The translations under genes were made by a program, and so were the position numbers. A DNA stretch of 63,464 nt, counting the filler, from Octopus bimaculoides (lineage: Eukaryota), in the NCBI RefSeq assembly GCF_001194135.2. It is 4 parts of 4 records of this genome, joined end to end, with 100 filler letters (N's around TTAATTAATTAA, not from the genome) between each part and the next. Parts side by side here need not be neighbours in the genome. Positions count along the whole stretch, not along the records: positions 31,529 to 55,787 come from NC_068991.1; positions 55,888 to 61,183 come from NC_068997.1; positions 61,284 to 63,464 come from NC_068986.1; 1 more part is not named here. One strand, written 5' to 3'. The stretch's first letter is position 1, and every line of letters begins with the position of its first letter. The notes beneath the pieces are model-generated. The model worked only from the letters and a program-made list of their open reading frames with translations. It was not told the DNA's origin and ran no database searches. Below, in pieces: positions 52,422-63,464 of this stretch.

Positions 52422-52791
52422 GGCAAATGAGCTGGTAGAATCATTAGCACGCTGGACAAAATGCTTAGTGGTATTTTGCCCATTGCTACATTCTGAGTTC
52501 AAATTCTGCCGATGTCAACTTTGCCTTTCATCCTTTCGGGGTCAACAAATTAAGTAGCAGTGAAACACTAGGGTCAAGGAAACTGACTTATTCCCTCCCT
52601 CCAAATTACTGCCCATGTGGCAAAATTTGAAATAGTTATTATTATTATTATTGTTGATATTATCACTATTATTATTATTATTATTGTTATTATTATTGTT
52701 TTTATTATTATTAATAGTAGTAGTAATCATAACATTATATGAAGAGCAGGAGGGTATTGGTAAGAAATGGTAAAGGTTAGACTAAAAGATT

Positions 52792-52837
<46 letters not shown>

Positions 52838-53250
52838 TCATTTTTTTCCTTTTTTTTTTGTGCATTCTGATTTGAAAGAAATCTCGCCTGAGTCAACTTT
52901 GCATTCATCTCTCGGAGGTCGATGGAGAAACAAAAAAGTACCTGTAAGATACTGGAGGTGGATTTGGTGGACAGCATTTTTAAATATATGTGTGATCCTA
53001 TGTATGTAATTTGGCAATGTAAAAGTGGGAAATTAGAAATATTATTGCTAAGATATTTACTAAGATAGCAAACTGGCAGAGCATTAGCACACTGGACAAA
53101 ATGCTTTCTGGCATTTCTTTTGGCTTGAGGTCCTGAGTTCAAATCCTGCTGAAATCAATTTTGCCTTTCATGCTTTCAGGGGTTTTGAAATAAGCACCAG
53201 ACTAGCACCTTCCCCACAAAAGTTTAGACCCTGTGCCTACAGTAGAAAAA

Positions 53251-53288
<38 letters not shown>

Positions 53289-53684
53289 CGTTATTATCAT
53301 TATTATTATTTTATGTTTGACTTTTGTTTTGCATTTGTACAAGTTGGATCCAAGTCTCACCCAGAGACCTCAAGAGACAACAAGTTAGAAGTTCATGTAG
53401 GTGTTATGCCTAGGGTACCATATATTTGGACTTGTACAGTTTTGTTCAAGTGAATGTTTAAGAAACCATAAGAAAATTATGTTTGCTTTAAAATTTGAGA
53501 TCACATAGACAGTATTTTACGTAGGATATGGGCAGTTCCCATGAGCACTATCTTTTGGACTTCAGCCATTTTGGGGTTTCCTGGTATCTGAGCTAGGTAG
53601 TAATCAGCCCGTTTCGCTGTCATTCCCAGGGCACCTATGACAATAGGTATTGTTTTATTATTATTATTATTATTATTATAATTA

Positions 53685-53746
<62 letters not shown>

Positions 53747-53875
53747 TAAGGTGGCTTAGCAGTATTTCGCCCGTCACTACGTTCTGAGTTCAAATTCCGT
53801 CGAGGTCAACTTTGCCTTTAATCCTTTCCACCAAAATTTCAGGCCTCAAGCTTTTAGTAGAAAGGATTATTATTA

Positions 53876-53921
<46 letters not shown>

Positions 53922-54192
53922 GAAAATCAATAAAGTGGTGCACTGGCAGAATCGTTAGCATGCTGGGCAAAAAGCATTTTATCTGTCTTTATTCTCTGAG
54001 TTCAAATTCCACCGAGGTTGACTTTGCCTGTCATTCTTTCAGGGTTGCTGAAATAAGTACAAGTTGAGCACTGGGGTCAATGTAATGGACTAACAACTTA
54101 CCCCACAAAAGTTTAGACCTTGTGCCTACAGTAGAAAGAATTATTATTATAATTATCATTATCATTATTGTTATTATTATTATTATTATTAT

Positions 54193-54233
<41 letters not shown>

Positions 54234-54455
54234 ATAAGGCAATGAGCTGACAAAATCGTTAGCAAAATTGGGCAAAATGCTTAATGGTATTTCATCTGCT
54301 GCTACGTCCTGAGTTTATATTCTGCCGAGGTCATCTTTTTTTTCATCCTTTTGGGATTAACAAATTAAATATCATTTACACACTGTGTAATTGATGCAAT
54401 CAACTAGCGCCCCTCCCCACAAATTTCTGGCCTTGTACTTTCAGTAGAAATTATT
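51100..54455 (+). mobile_element. Head-to-tail array of about 9 SINE family B copies with (ATT)n tails
   Basis: Recurrent TGGCAGAATCGTTAGCA...CTGAGTTCAAATTC...GAAAGGATTATTATT units, all on the + strand. Other family B copies at ~8420, 10160, 26100, 31530(-), 34255(-), 57430. Confidence 0.85.
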
Positions 54456-55744
54456 NNNNNNNNNNNNNNNNNNNNNNNNNNNNNNNNNNNNNNNNNNNNN
54501 NNNNNNNNNNNNNNNNNNNNNNNNNNNNNNNNNNNNNNNNNNNNNNNNNNNNNNNNNNNNNNNNNNNNNNNNNNNNNNNNNNNNNNNNNNNNNNNNNNNN
54601 NNNNNNNNNNNNNNNNNNNNNNNNNNNNNNNNNNNNNNNNNNNNNNNNNNNNNNNNNNNNNNNNNNNNNNNNNNNNNNNNNNNNNNNNNNNNNNNNNNNN
54701 NNNNNNNNNNNNNNNNNNNNNNNNNNNNNNNNNNNNNNNNNNNNNNNNNNNNNNNNNNNNNNNNNNNNNNNNNNNNNNNNNNNNNNNNNNNNNNNNNNNN
54801 NNNNNNNNNNNNNNNNNNNNNNNNNNNNNNNNNNNNNNNNNNNNNNNNNNNNNNNNNNNNNNNNNNNNNNNNNNNNNNNNNNNNNNNNNNNNNNNNNNNN
54901 NNNNNNNNNNNNNNNNNNNNNNNNNNNNNNNNNNNNNNNNNNNNNNNNNNNNNNNNNNNNNNNNNNNNNNNNNNNNNNNNNNNNNNNNNNNNAAAACGGC
55001 AACAACAGCAACAACAACAGAAGCAAAGTTTTTTCTAACTTTATTGTTCATTTGTGGTTCTTTTTAATCTTTTTTTTTTGTTTTTGTAGCCTTGAACACA
55101 AAGCAGATATTTATTGCAAGTGTGAGGTCTAACCCTCCACTGTTTTATTTAAATCAAATTAAATGTTTAAATATTATTAAAGATGACAATATGAACTGAA
55201 AACGCAAAAAAACATATCTCCTTGTTCCATTCAAGTATAAATGAATAAATAAATAAATTAATTAATTAAAATTTTCTCCCTAACAAAAAAAAAAATTTAA
55301 ATATTAAATATTAAAGAGAGGAAGAAAATAAAAGAAATAATACAGGATTCTTTTTTAATCTCTTTTGAATTCTATGAATTGTAACAAGAAGAAACGCAAA
55401 ATAAATAAACAAAAAATGAAACACGCATAAAAAAATAATAAAATAAACAAAAAAAAAAGATAAAGGTTCAAGCATGGCTGTGTGGTTAAGAAGTTTGCTT
55501 CACAACCATGTGGAACAAGGTTCCATCCCAAAGGAGGGCATTTGGGCAAGTGTCTCCTATTTTAGCTTCAGATTGACCAATATAATTATAATTGTAATTT
55601 GATAAATGAATATTGTCATATATATATATGATTATATGTGTATGCATGTGCATGTGTGTATATATATATATATATGCATATGTGTGTGTGTATGTATGTG
55701 TGAGTACATATATGTATATGCATGCATACATATACATATATATA

Positions 55745-55787
<43 letters not shown>

Positions 55788-55831
55788 NNNNNNNNNNNNN
55801 NNNNNNNNNNNNNNNNNNNNNNNNNNNNNNN

Positions 55832-55843
55832 TTAATTAATTAA
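55832..55843. other. Artificial scaffold spacer TTAATTAATTAA
   Basis: Same N-flanked spacer. Confidence 0.95.
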
Positions 55844-55887
55844 NNNNNNNNNNNNNNNNNNNNNNNNNNNNNNNNNNNNNNNNNNNN

Positions 55888-55956
<69 letters not shown>

Positions 55957-57886
55957 TGTTGTTGTTGTTATTGTTGTTGTTATTGTGGTGATGGTGCTGG
56001 TGGTTGTAGTGGTGGCGCTGGTGGTTTTTCGTTAGGGCGTTTGCCGTTATGGCTACGACTTGTGGTGATCACATCATATATATCATCGCTTTATAAATCA
56101 GTCATATGATCACCGCATCGCCATACGCATGTATGTATGTATGTATGTATGTATATATGTATGTATGTACGTATGTATGTACGTATACATGCATGTATGT
56201 ATGTATGTTTGTATGTCTATGTATGTAAGTATGCTTGCACATATGCATATATATAAGGATGTATATATTTAAGTATACATGTAATATGTGTCTATATTTC
56301 TGTGTGTATATGTGTGTATATATATATGGGAGAATATACAAATAATAACAACAGACGAGGACAGGTGGTGTAAATAACAAAAGTATATATTAGTATGACG
56401 CTCGGGAATNNNNNNNNNNNNNNNNNNNNNNNNNNNNNNNNNNNNNNNNNNNNNNNNNNNNNNNNNNNNNNNNNNNNNNNNNNNNNNNNNNNNNNNNNNN
56501 NNNNNNNNNNNNNNNNNNNNNNNNNNNNNNNNNNNNNNNNNNNNNNNNNNNNNNNNNNNNNNNNNNNNNNNNNNNNNNNNNNNNNNNNNNNNNNNNNNNN
56601 NNNNNNNNNNNNNNNNNNNNNNNNNNNNNNNNNNNNNNNNNNNNNNNNNNNNNNNNNNNNNNNNNNNNNNNNNNNNNNNNNNNNNNNNNNNNNNNNNNNN
56701 NNNNNNNNNNNNNNNNNNNNNNNNNNNNNNNNNNNNNNNNNNNNNNNNNNNNNNNNNNNNNNNNNNNNNNNNNNNNNNNNNNNNNNNNNNNNNNNNNNNN
56801 NNNNNNNNNNNNNNNNNNNNNNNNNNNNNNNNNNNNNNNNNNNNNNNNNNNNNNNNNNNNNNNNNNNNNNNNNNNNNNNNNNNNNNNNNNNNNNNNNNNN
56901 NNNNNNNNNNNNNNNNNNNNNNNNNNNNNNNNNNNNNNNNNNNNNNNNNNNNNNNNNNNNNNNNNNNNNNNNNNNNNNNNNNNNNNNNNNNNNNNNNNNN
57001 NNNNNNNNNNNNNNNNNNNNNNNNNNNNNNNNNNNNNNNNNNNNNNNNNNNNNNNNNNNNNNNNNNNNNNNNNNNNNNNNNNNNNNNNNNNNNNNNNNNN
57101 NNNNNNNNNNNNNNNNNNNNNNNNNNNNNNNNNNNNNNNNNNNNNNNNNNNNNNNNNNNNNNNNNNNNNNNNNNNNNNNNNNNNNNNNNNNNNNNNNNNN
57201 NNNNNNNNNNNNNNNNNNNNNNNNNNNNNATATATCTAAATGTATGTACGAATGGATGTATATGGAGGGTGTTGTGTGTTTTTGTTTTGTTTTGTGTTTC
57301 TTCTTTTATTTTTTCAAATTTCTCACCAATCTCGAAAAATCCGTCTCCAACCCAGAGACGAAACTTTTTTTGTTCTTTTTATGTTTCCATTGGAATTTAG
57401 GCAAACATCACTGAAGTCGCCAGACGAACCAACAGAAACGTCAGCACGCTGGAGGATGGGCTTAACGGCATTTCGTCCGACATTATTACGTTATGAGTTC
57501 AAATTCCGCCGAGGTCAAGTTTTCCTTTTATCCTTTCGAAGTCAATGAAATCAATACCATGCTAACACTGAAGGTGATGTAATTGAACCCTTCCCTTGTG
57601 CCAATTGTAGAAAGGATCGGTTAAGTAATCATAGCCAGAAATATGTATGTATGTGTGTGCTTCCATGCCTAATGTTACATGTAGATAGATAGGTGTATAT
57701 GTAGGTTTTTATGCTAGTATGCATGTATAATTGAGTATGTTTGTATCCACACACCGACATGTGAAACCATACATGGAATTGCATGTATGGAGGCGCACAT
57801 TTTGGCAAAGGTACACGTATATATACATTTATACATGTATATATATATATATAATCAAAATAAGCAACAAGGATATCCAGAGGTAA

Positions 57887-57968
57887 TGCAGTACGATCGT
57901 TTCATGCGACTCCATTGAACAACGTAATCATTACATCAACTTAGAATGCAGAGCAATCCTCAGCTGCA
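57887..57968 (-). ncRNA. Hammerhead ribozyme with extended stem II
   Basis: Minus strand UGCAG-CUGAGGA-[~53 nt, ends UUGC...GCAU]-GAA-ACGAUCGU-A^CUGCA: perfect 5-bp stem I, consensus core, palindromic stem III, GUA triplet. Confidence 0.7.
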
Positions 57969-60900
57969 CAAAAACATAGAACTTAATTAAATTAGAACAG
58001 ATGGACAAATTAGCATAATTGTATANNNNNNNNNNNNNNNNNNNNNNNNNNNNNNNNNNNNNNNNNNNNNNNNNNNNNNNNNNNNNNNNNNNNNNNNNNN
58101 NNNNNNNNNNNNNNNNNNNNNNNNNNNNNNNNNNNNNNNNNNNNNNNNNNNNNNNNNNNNNNNNNNNNNNNNNNNNNNNNNNNNNNNNNNNNNNNNNNNN
58201 NNNNNNNNNNNNNNNNNNNNNNNNNNNNNNNNNNNNNNNNNNNNNNNNNNNNNNNNNNNNNNNNNNNNNNNNNNNNNNNNNNNNNNNNNNNNNNNNNNNN
58301 NNNNNNNNNNNNNNNNNNNNNNNNNNNNNNNNNNNNNNNNNNNNNNNNNNNNNNNNNNNNNNNNNNNNNNNNNNNNNNNNNNNNNNNNNNNNNNNNNNNN
58401 NNNNNNNNNNNNNNNNNNNNNNNNNNNNNNNNNNNNNNNNNNNNNNNNNNNNNNNNNNNNNNNNNNNNNNNNNNNNNNNNNNNNNNNNNNNNNNNNNNNN
58501 NNNNNNNNNNNNNNNNNNNNNNNNNNNNNNNNNNNNNNNNNNNNNNNNNNNNNNNNNNNNNNNNNNNNNNNNNNNNNNNNNNNNNNNNNNNNNNNNNNNN
58601 NNNNNNNNNNNNNNNNNNNNNNNNNNNNNNNNNNNNNNNNNNNNNNNNNNNNNNNNNNNNNNNNNNNNNNNNNNNNNNNNNNNNNNNNNNNNNNNNNNNN
58701 NNNNNNNNNNNNNNNNNNNNNNNNNNNNNNNNNNNNNNNNNNNNNNNNTTTTTCGCCTGCACTTTGTATGAAGTGCGGGTGTTGATGTAAGGTAAGTATA
58801 CAAATAGAGACCCGTACTGTTCGTGCGACTTTATTTAATTCTAGCTTGACCAAGCCTTGTACACATCAGCAAGCGTACCGTATGACCTTCGAATATAACA
58901 ACAAATTTGTTCTTTTCAGGCTGTGAAAGGTAAATCTGGTGTTCATAGTCGCCAAGAAGGAGAATTTTCTCCCGAAGATTATTTCCCGCAGCGAAAGGTC
59001 TTCCCATGTCCATATGTTCTCGAACAGGTGAAATATAACTTTACACGAATATATTTTATTCACCTGTTGCTTTATTTAATTCTAATTCGACCAGACCTTA
59101 CGCACATTGGTAGAGGTATTGTATGCTGTCCTAATATAAGAATGAATTCGTTTTTCCGGGCTGAGAAATGCAAATTTGGCGTTCGAGACGCGAAAGAACG
59201 CAGAAACGCATGCGTCCTACGATCCAATGATTTCATTTACAGCTCAAAATATTTTCATACCTGTCGTCTAGGAGGAGTCTATTTACGCAGCGAAAGGTCT
59301 TTCGCGTTAATATGCGTGCATTAAATATGGCTTTACACAGATATGTTTGGCAATTCCTTTTCTTTACGGCAAATCGATGTATTTCCCTTTTTGATATCTG
59401 CTTGTACCCATTAATCGCCGCTGCAAATCATCACTAAATACCTCAGACCACATTACTAACTATATATATTTATCCTTCATTAACCCCAGGTGAATTTTAA
59501 TTGAACAGGTCACCCTAAATCGAAAACATTCCTCTCCGCACTCTTCATGATTTTCTAAGTTCTATCTTTCTATACATTTAGATACCTATTATATACAGTT
59601 ATATATCCTATAATTATACATTTAGCTAGATGGTGTATATAAATTGTACACTATAATACACTTAAATTGATGTTATATAAAATTATACACTAAATTTTTA
59701 CCCTTAAACAGATGGTATATATAAATCCTACACTATTATATTACATTTAGTTATATTGTATATAAACTATGTACTATAATTATGCATTTAAAAATAGATG
59801 GTGTATATAAACATAGAACTATAATTACAAGCTTAAAATAGGTGATATTCAAACTTCTATTCTATAAAAATATATTTAACTATAGGGTATATATAAATAC
59901 GATAGTATTTATAGTGTAGTATAAATAATATGTAGATTGATGTATTGAATTTTGTTTAGAGTTCGATTAGAAAGATATGCGTATGTACGTGCCTTTGTGT
60001 ATGTGTGTGTGTGTATGAATGTGTGTGTGTAGGTGAGTGAGTATGTATATATCATTCATTTGTCAACTGACTCGTATATGNNNNNNNNNNNNNNNNNNNN
60101 NNNNNNNNNNNNNNNNNNNNNNNNNNNNNNNNNNNNNNNNNNNNNNNNNNNNNNNNNNNNNNNNNNNNNNNNNNNNNNNNNNNNNNNNNNNNNNNNNNNN
60201 NNNNNNNNNNNNNNNNNNNNNNNNNNNNNNNNNNNNNNNNNNNNNNNNNNNNNNNNNNNNNNNNNNNNNNNNNNNNNNNNNNNNNNNNNNNNNNNNNNNN
60301 NNNNNNNNNNNNNNNNNNNNNNNNNNNNNNNNNNNNNNNNNNNNNNNNNNNNNNNNNNNNNNNNNNNNNNNNNNNNNTATATATATATATATATACATAC
60401 ATATATATAAGAAACTGTATAGCCATATACATATGTGTGTATGTGTGTGTATGAGTGTATGTAATTTCTGCTGATTTAGTAAATGATGTATAAATTTATA
60501 CACAATAAACCGATAAACATACATTTAGATAAACAGTGTATATAGCATTCTTAAATGCTTTCATTTCGAAATAAATAAATATGAAAAAGAAAAACAACTA
60601 CATGACGCGCATAAGATTGTAAAACTATAATTATAGACTTAGATATATGATGTATACAATTTCTACACTATAATTAAACATCTGTAATAGAAAAATGATA
60701 CATAACATTGTGTAAAATAATTAGAGGCTTAGATATGTGGCGGTGTATAAAAACTGTATATACTAACTAATCTTACTTTAATTTAGATTAAAGTATTTTA
60801 ATTCAGTGAACGCCGATTTGTGGCTGACAGGGTTTGCGTTTTGTGTTTTGTGTTTCTGTTGCGTTTGTGTCTTTTTATGTTTGTGAAAGATTTCAGATGG

Positions 60901-60978
60901 ATCTATAATTGATTTGTTTGCTGTTGCTGTTGTTATTGTTACTGTTGTCGTTGCTGCTGGTGCTGCTGGTGCTGTTGC

Positions 60979-61027
<49 letters not shown>

Positions 61028-61227
61028 GGGAGGAAAGGAGGGCGGGAGGGATGGATGAAAGCTGGTATAGAATTTGTTTATGAATGAAGACATTGAATCA
61101 CAATGAATTACGTTTCTAAACAGCGATGATATAAGGAGGGCCGCATAAGGAGAGACGACCACAGGATGGACATGGTGGCTGTGNNNNNNNNNNNNNNNNN
61201 NNNNNNNNNNNNNNNNNNNNNNNNNNN

Positions 61228-61239
61228 TTAATTAATTAA
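61228..61239. other. Artificial scaffold spacer TTAATTAATTAA
   Basis: Same N-flanked spacer. Confidence 0.95.
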
Positions 61240-61283
61240 NNNNNNNNNNNNNNNNNNNNNNNNNNNNNNNNNNNNNNNNNNNN

Positions 61284-61347
<64 letters not shown>

Positions 61348-61740
61348 ACGCAATATGTATGCATTTATAATATGTATGCCATATGTATATATATATAGAT
61401 AGATAGATAGGTAGGTAGATATAATTGTATCTATATACATACACGTCTGTGCATATACATATACATACTCATTCCCACACACACACGCACACACACACGC
61501 ACGCACACACATGTACGAACACACACATACATAGAATAGACCAATATGGATGAGTTTGTGAGTGTAGATAGATGGAGATAGCGATATGTTGTTGGGAAAA
61601 TAAAAATGGTTTGCATATATATTACATATTATATTCAGTAGAAAACACTGAGAGAAAGATGCAACCACGTTACAAAATGGCGATGCAGTGTTGCGGTATA
61701 ATATTTTTACTTATTGCTCTTGCTTTCAATGCCTTTTTTT

Positions 61741-61791
<51 letters not shown>

Positions 61792-62715
61792 NNNNNNNNN
61801 NNNNNNNNNNNNNNNNNNNNNNNNNNNNNNNNNNNNNNNNNNNNNNNNNNNNNNNNNNNNNNNNNNNNNNNNNNNNNNNNNNNNNNNNNNNNNNNNNNNN
61901 NNNNNNNNNNNNNNNNNNNNNNNNNNNNNNNNNNNNNNNNNNNNNNNNNNNNNNNNNNNNNNNNNNNNNNNNNNNNNNNNNNNNNNNNNNNNNNNNNNNN
62001 NNNNNNNNNNNNNNNNNNNNNNNNNNNNNNNNNNNNNNNNNNNNNNNNNNNNNNNNNNNNNNNNNNNNNNNNNNNNNNNNNNNNNNNNNNNNNNNNNNNN
62101 NNNNNNNNNNNNNNNNNNNNNNNNNNNNNNNNNNNNNNNNNNNNNNNNNNNNNNNNNNNNNNNNNNNNNNNNNNNNNNNNNNNNNNNNNNNNNNNNNNNN
62201 NNNNNNNNNNNNNNNNNNNNNNNNNNNNNNNNNNNNNNNNNNNNNNNNNNNNNNNNNNNNNNNNNNNNNNNNNNNNNNNNNNNNNNNNNNNNNNNNNNNN
62301 NNNNNNNNNNNNNNNNNNNNNNNNNNNNNNNNNNNNNNNNNNNNNNNNNNNNNNNNNNNNNNNNNNNNNNNNNNNNNNNNNNNNNNNNNNNNNNNNNNNN
62401 NNNNNNNNNNNNNNNNNNNNNNNNNNNNNNNNNNNNNNNNNNNNNNNNNNNNNNNNNNNNNNNNNNNNNNNNNNNNNNNNNNNNNNNNNNNNNNNNNNNN
62501 NNNNNNNNNNNNNNNNNNNNNNNNNNNNNNNNNNNNNNNNNNNNNNNNNNNNNNNNNNNNNNNNNNNNNNNNNNNNNNNNNNNNNNNNNNNNNNNNNNNN
62601 NNNNNNNNNNNNNNNNNNNNNNNNNNNNNNNTAGTGGTGGTGGTGGTGGTGGTGGTGTCGGTGGGCATTAGGGGTAGCGCTGGTAGTAGTGGTAGTAGTA
62701 CCAGCAGCAGCAGCG

Positions 62716-62802
<87 letters not shown>

Positions 62803-63429
62803 TCGATGGTCGCAATGAAACGTTAGTTATTTGGATGGTTGCAACCATGGAGTCGTGGAATTTGCGGGTGGCGGTTATTGTTGTTGTAATAGTTATTCTA
62901 AATATTCTAAATATTTTTGTTGTTGTTCTTGTTGTTGTTGTCAGTGTCTACATCTTCAAGCCACCATGATTTCCTCCACCAACACCACCAACAACAACCA
63001 CCACCACCACCATTTTCCTTGGCTATTTATTTCATCATATAAAACATTGAAATTGAACTGTATATGTACATGTGTGGTAGGTGCAGTATGTGTGTGAGTG
63101 TGTAATTGTGTATGTGTGTGTGAGCGCGTGTATGTGTGTGTATGTGTGTGTGTGTGTGTGTGTGATAGGGAGAGAGTGTGTGGATGTATAGATGTGTTCT
63201 TGTGTGTGTGGATATATAGAGAATTATATGAGAATGGGTACGTGTGAGTGGGTACAATGTGTTGCTAAGTATATTCTTGTGCTTGTATGTGTGTGCATAT
63301 GCACGTGTGTGTGTGTATGTATGTATGTATCTACGTTTGCAAGTATACTTATATGCGTATGTGTGAATATATGCGTGTGTGTGTGTGTGTGAATGAATAT
63401 ATATGCATGTATGTATATATGTATATATA

Positions 63430-63464
<35 letters not shown>

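Noticed and set aside
57410-57450. CTGAAG...GAAACGTCAG possible hammerhead
   Set aside because: The GAAACGT segment is the head of SINE family B.
58920-59027. AVKGKSGVHSRQEGEF... as the next STPG2 exon
   Set aside because: No PGP motif or convincing similarity, a weak donor, and it lies two scaffold joins away.
31-63433. Dozens of ORFs made of YI, CV, HT, LS, poly-I/V/T/X runs
   Set aside because: Translations of di-, tri- and tetranucleotide microsatellites and N gaps; not genes.

Overview
Eukaryotic, AT-rich, gap-ridden genomic DNA, most likely an octopus (SINE families and microsatellite style resemble Octopus; this is recognition, not a database result). There are no prokaryotic features. 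Most of the window is tRNA/CORE-type SINEs, decayed RTE-clade LINEs, MITEs, microsatellites and N gaps. Three artificial 100-bp spacers (N44-TTAATTAATTAA-N44) show the window is four joined pieces. Coding content: (1) one internal exon of STPG2 (10987-11102, +); (2) a single-pass membrane protein locus (+) with an open TM exon and an open 231-codon cytoplasmic exon (48878-49016, 50220-50913), whose apparent ectodomain exons (C-type-lectin-like and sushi-like) are riddled with stops and frameshifts. The most striking unannotated signal is a set of minimal type I hammerhead ribozyme (HHR) motifs with palindromic stem III, in fragments next to (TA)n/(CA)n tracts that look Penelope-like: one with a fully intact core at 14531-14573 (-), plus near-intact or partial copies at about 14774, 19229, 25591, 32114, 38814 and 57887. 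At least two DNA palindromes have their axis at or just upstream of such a ribozyme motif. Almost all ORFs in the supplied track are microsatellite or N-gap artefacts. Repeat boundaries are approximate (by eye).
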